64,000 nt of DNA from Paraphysomonas bandaiensis (lineage: Eukaryota > Protista > Chrysophyceae): assembly GCA_965644295.1 (NCBI GenBank), contig CBFFRP010000200.1:186001-250000 (forward strand), given 5' to 3'. Position 1 is the first letter of the stretch. Each line of letters opens with the position of its first letter. The notes beneath the pieces were generated by a model. That model worked only from the letters and a program-made list of their open reading frames with translations. It was not told where the DNA came from and ran no database searches. This document shows positions 61,152 through 64,000 of the stretch, one piece after another. The position numbers and the translations under genes were made by a program.

Positions 61152-61586
61152 ATGAGCTCAACCACCTTCAAGATATTCTCCTATATATGTGTGGGTGTTC
61201 TCTGGGGATGCACGAATCCATTCCTTAAGAAAGGAGCCCAAACATATGAGGGGAAGACTAAGACAGACCGGGACCATGACCGGGACAGAGAGAGTCGTTG
61301 GTCAAGCTGGTCAAAGCAGATATACTCTACTTTAATGTTGTTCTTTCGTCCACGTGTGTTTCTTCCTCTGGCTATTAATCAAATGGGCTCTGTTGCCTTT
61401 TATTACTTGCTGTCCACAGACGATATATCTGTCACTGTTCCACTATGCAACTCGCTTACTTTTGCGTTCACTGGAATTACTGGGTGGATACTAGGTGAAA
61501 AAGTTCATCGTCCGTATTTTTTTATGGTTGGAGTTCTGCTTGTAGTAGTGGGGATATCTATATGTGCTTTGACGGGGCCTAGTTAG
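61152..61586 (+). CDS. TMEM234: Transmembrane protein 234-like (EamA/DMT fold)
   Basis: VGVLWGCTNPFLKKG, PLAINQMGS, VPLCNSLTFAFT..LGE. Confidence 0.92.
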   Translation: MSSTTFKIFSYICVGVLWGCTNPFLKKGAQTYEGKTKTDRDHDRDRESRWSSWSKQIYSTLMLFFRPRVFLPLAINQMGSVAFYYLLSTDDISVTVPLCNSLTFAFTGITGWILGEKVHRPYFFMVGVLLVVVGISICALTGPS

Positions 61587-62677
61587 TTGATTGCCAAACT
61601 ATCTAACTGGTGGCTTATAGCAGCTAATGGTGTTGCGTGATTATAGCTATTTCTACTTTTCTTAAGGACATTCTCTACTTCCAGGAGCATCAGCTAAATA
61701 CTTGGATAAACTGTTTTCATCATCTGACCGGATGTTTATGTCAATCAAGGAGACTATCGATTGAAGAAATTGTGCAGATAGAAGGCATACATTCTTTGCA
61801 ATACGGTGTGAGATGGTAGCTGGAAAAGCTTTAGGTCTATTCACGATGAGTCGTCGAGGAGCATGGGATGATGAAGTGAGGTAATTAGGTTCTACGTCGT
61901 AGGATTGCTGATTTTGTAACGATAATAACAGTCCTGTAAACTGACCCACGATCACGATATTGTGTATTCAATTTATTACTTTATTCTCCCACCATGCACT
62001 GTAGCACCTAATCTTTCGGTGCTTACATATCTCCTGCTATCAAAGTGCAATAATAATTGTACTATGCAAGATGTATAAGGTGAGCATAACCCGTTCATGG
62101 CGGGGTAAGTCTCAGAGGGTACAACATATAATAATAGTATACACACAGCGGGTGGAGAGAGATTCGTGGAATCTTCATTGCGTCATAGTAGTAGTAGGAA
62201 TTGTAATATATATGTTAATATACACTCACTGTGCCCCTATGGTGTTATAGTGTATGTTGTATGTATGTAGAAAATATAGACATACTCTCCTAACTGGTCC
62301 AGCAATACTAATGCAATAACTAGTATTATTACATAGCAGCTGAATTCATTTTCTAATTCCTGTTGATAAGCTCATGCGATCAACGAGTCCACTTCGCTGT
62401 CAAATAAAATAGTACCTACTGTCAAGTTCATCGTAATTTTAATAATACTCACATTCATATTCACTACTGAACCCACTTCGGAAACGTCATTGTCACCACA
62501 TTTATTCAAATTTAAAACTGTAATATGTATTTTTTGCTTTCAGAAGAAGCAGTATAATATATAGTATATAGTGTGGTAAAGGGCAATAAATAGTGACTAT
62601 ACCTGAACAGACTTTTGCATGCATATAAAGATTCCTGTATCGGTACTCTGCTTAGATATATTAACTTTTTAAACTTT

Positions 62678-63117
62678 CAGTAGTGAATATCTAAGTATTA
62701 GCAATCGTGCATAACTCTGATGACCTTCTATTTTTAACTCTACGAAATCTGCTTGTGCGTCACCGCAAGCAATAAGGTGCAAGCACTTTTGCTTTATCAC
62801 TCAAAGCAAATGCAGTAAGAAGCAGAGTGTTGATATACCCGACATCTGCTTACTTCAGGATTTTGAGTCGTTTAGGTGAACAGTCCGGATCCCATTACCC
62901 GGATGCCCTTGAGGTGAGCCCATTCCAGGGTGCCTGAGTATTCGTCAAGACCCAAAGACGTCCACACAAAAGTCACTTATTTAGCATTTGGCTTTGTGTG
63001 GGCAGATAGTTATCTGCTGGCTATATATGCGGCTCGCGTTAGTTTCCCGGAGAGAATCTCTCCGGTACTTATCACCCAGAACACCACGAAAGGGTGCGAG
63101 TCCGACTTTGTTGAGGG
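62678..63117 (-). mobile_element. SINE-like retroposon copy E (full-length, best-preserved head)
   Basis: Homologous end-to-end to 21029-21457. Possible 10-bp TSD tttaaacttt / attaaatttt. Confidence 0.85.
63030..63117 (-). ncRNA. HDV-like ribozyme fold at 5' end of retroposon copy E
   Basis: CCCUCAAC-AAAGU-CGG-A-CUCGC-ACC-CUUUCGU-GGU-GUUCUGG-GU..CCGGAGAG/CUCUCCGG..CUAA-C-GCGAG-CCG. Confidence 0.6.
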
Positions 63118-63650
63118 ATTAAATTTTTGTATTGATGAGTTGACTGAATTAATTTATCCGCATAGTAGCCAATGTCAGTTGCATGCTTTCGTATGAGGAT
63201 GTGTTGTAGATGAATTCAGATTAAACGCGTAACTTGTTGTTCGAGCTTCACAGTGTGGTGTGTTGGAATTGTTGGGGATACTATAGTTTTATGAAAGGTA
63301 TATCCAGGTGTTATCTGTTCAATAATAAGTGGCTTGGTGACTGTCCTCATTTTTCATATTAATATTGCATATATATGAATGAAATGATGAAACCGATAAC
63401 CCATGTTTAATATAGGTATTAATCAATAAACTCTTGGTAGCAGTAGTAGTATTGGGTATATTTTGTAGTAATAAATCGTGAGTAGCTTCTCAATGAAAAC
63501 ATGAGTATAGTGGTTCTTACCGGTCGAACAATACAATCTATTGCAGTAAAATATGCTCCCTAGCCCTGAGAAGTCGTACAAATGATTCTCTGCGCAATAA
63601 TCACTTCACAGATTAACATAGTTTAAATCTTTATCATACAAATTATTTAT

Positions 63651-64000
63651 CTAACTATTGTCATATATTTCGTCGCCCCGATGATACTGCAACAACAGGG
63701 ATTTAAGAATTTCTAAACTATAACGTGTTGAATTACTCTTATCTACTTCTATTCTAACCACTCTGATGCCATGACACTCCCAAAAGTATGTATCTCTTCT
63801 CTTAAGAAAGCGTTGCTTCTGAGGAAAATGGTGTTTTGGTCCATCTATTTCTACGACAGCCACAGGTGGAATACGCCCAGCAACACCACCTTCTGGAAGA
63901 CGGATAATGATATCTACCTCAAACCCGTAGACCATTTCATTTGTTGATATCATTGCATCCGGCAGATATTCTGCTACGGAACGTCGCACAGTATCCCCAA
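63651..64000 (-). CDS. C-terminal RAP (restriction-endonuclease-like RNA-binding) domain of a gene extending beyond the window
   Basis: GFEVDIII..VVEIDGPKHH..RRDTYF..GIRVVRI. Confidence 0.8.
   Translation of the reverse strand, partial: GDTVRRSVAEYLPDAMISTNEMVYGFEVDIIIRLPEGGVAGRIPPVAVVEIDGPKHHFPQKQRFLKRRDTYFWECHGIRVVRIEVDKSNSTRYSLEILKSLLLQYHRGDEIYDNS

Noticed and set aside
61662-62100. Possible small spliced minus-strand gene
   Set aside because: Could not build a consistent exon chain or recognise a motif.
62717-62750. Hammerhead-like CTGATGA...CGAAA in retroposon copy E
   Set aside because: No stem II pairing, and sibling copies read CTGATATCC, so the core is not conserved.
63093-63103. 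Pol III B-box-like GGTGCGAGTCC suggesting a tRNA-SINE on the plus strand
   Set aside because: It lies at the extreme end of the element, lacks the invariant GTTC and a properly spaced A box, and truncation polarity indicates the minus strand is sense.

Overview
This is eukaryotic, gene-dense genomic DNA with short (~40-110 nt) spliceosomal introns. The gene content resembles a flagellated stramenopile/ochrophyte such as a chrysophyte (inference only). About 20 protein-coding genes are arranged mostly as head-to-head pairs, and the mobile elements sit in the gaps at gene 3' ends. These elements are: an intact, very young Ty1/copia element (identical 293-bp LTRs with TA...CA ends, single 1570-aa ORF starting inside the LTR); a decayed copia carrying a Mutator-like MITE; a decayed hAT element; and five copies of a ~440-bp non-autonomous retroposon. 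The retroposon is the main finding. Its full-length copies share an exact 5' end that folds like an HDV-type (R2/RTE-style) self-cleaving ribozyme, it has variable-length target-site duplications, and 5'-truncated siblings are present. Unusual protein architectures include Kelch-propeller+Rab GTPase, luminal sulfotransferase+JmjC, acylated PH-PH-3xCNB-kinase, signal-peptide tandem SET, signal-peptide SAC1 and CYTH+degenerate P-loop kinase. A perfect 145-bp inverted repeat lies just downstream of the PP2C gene. All family assignments come from motif recognition by eye; no database searches were run.
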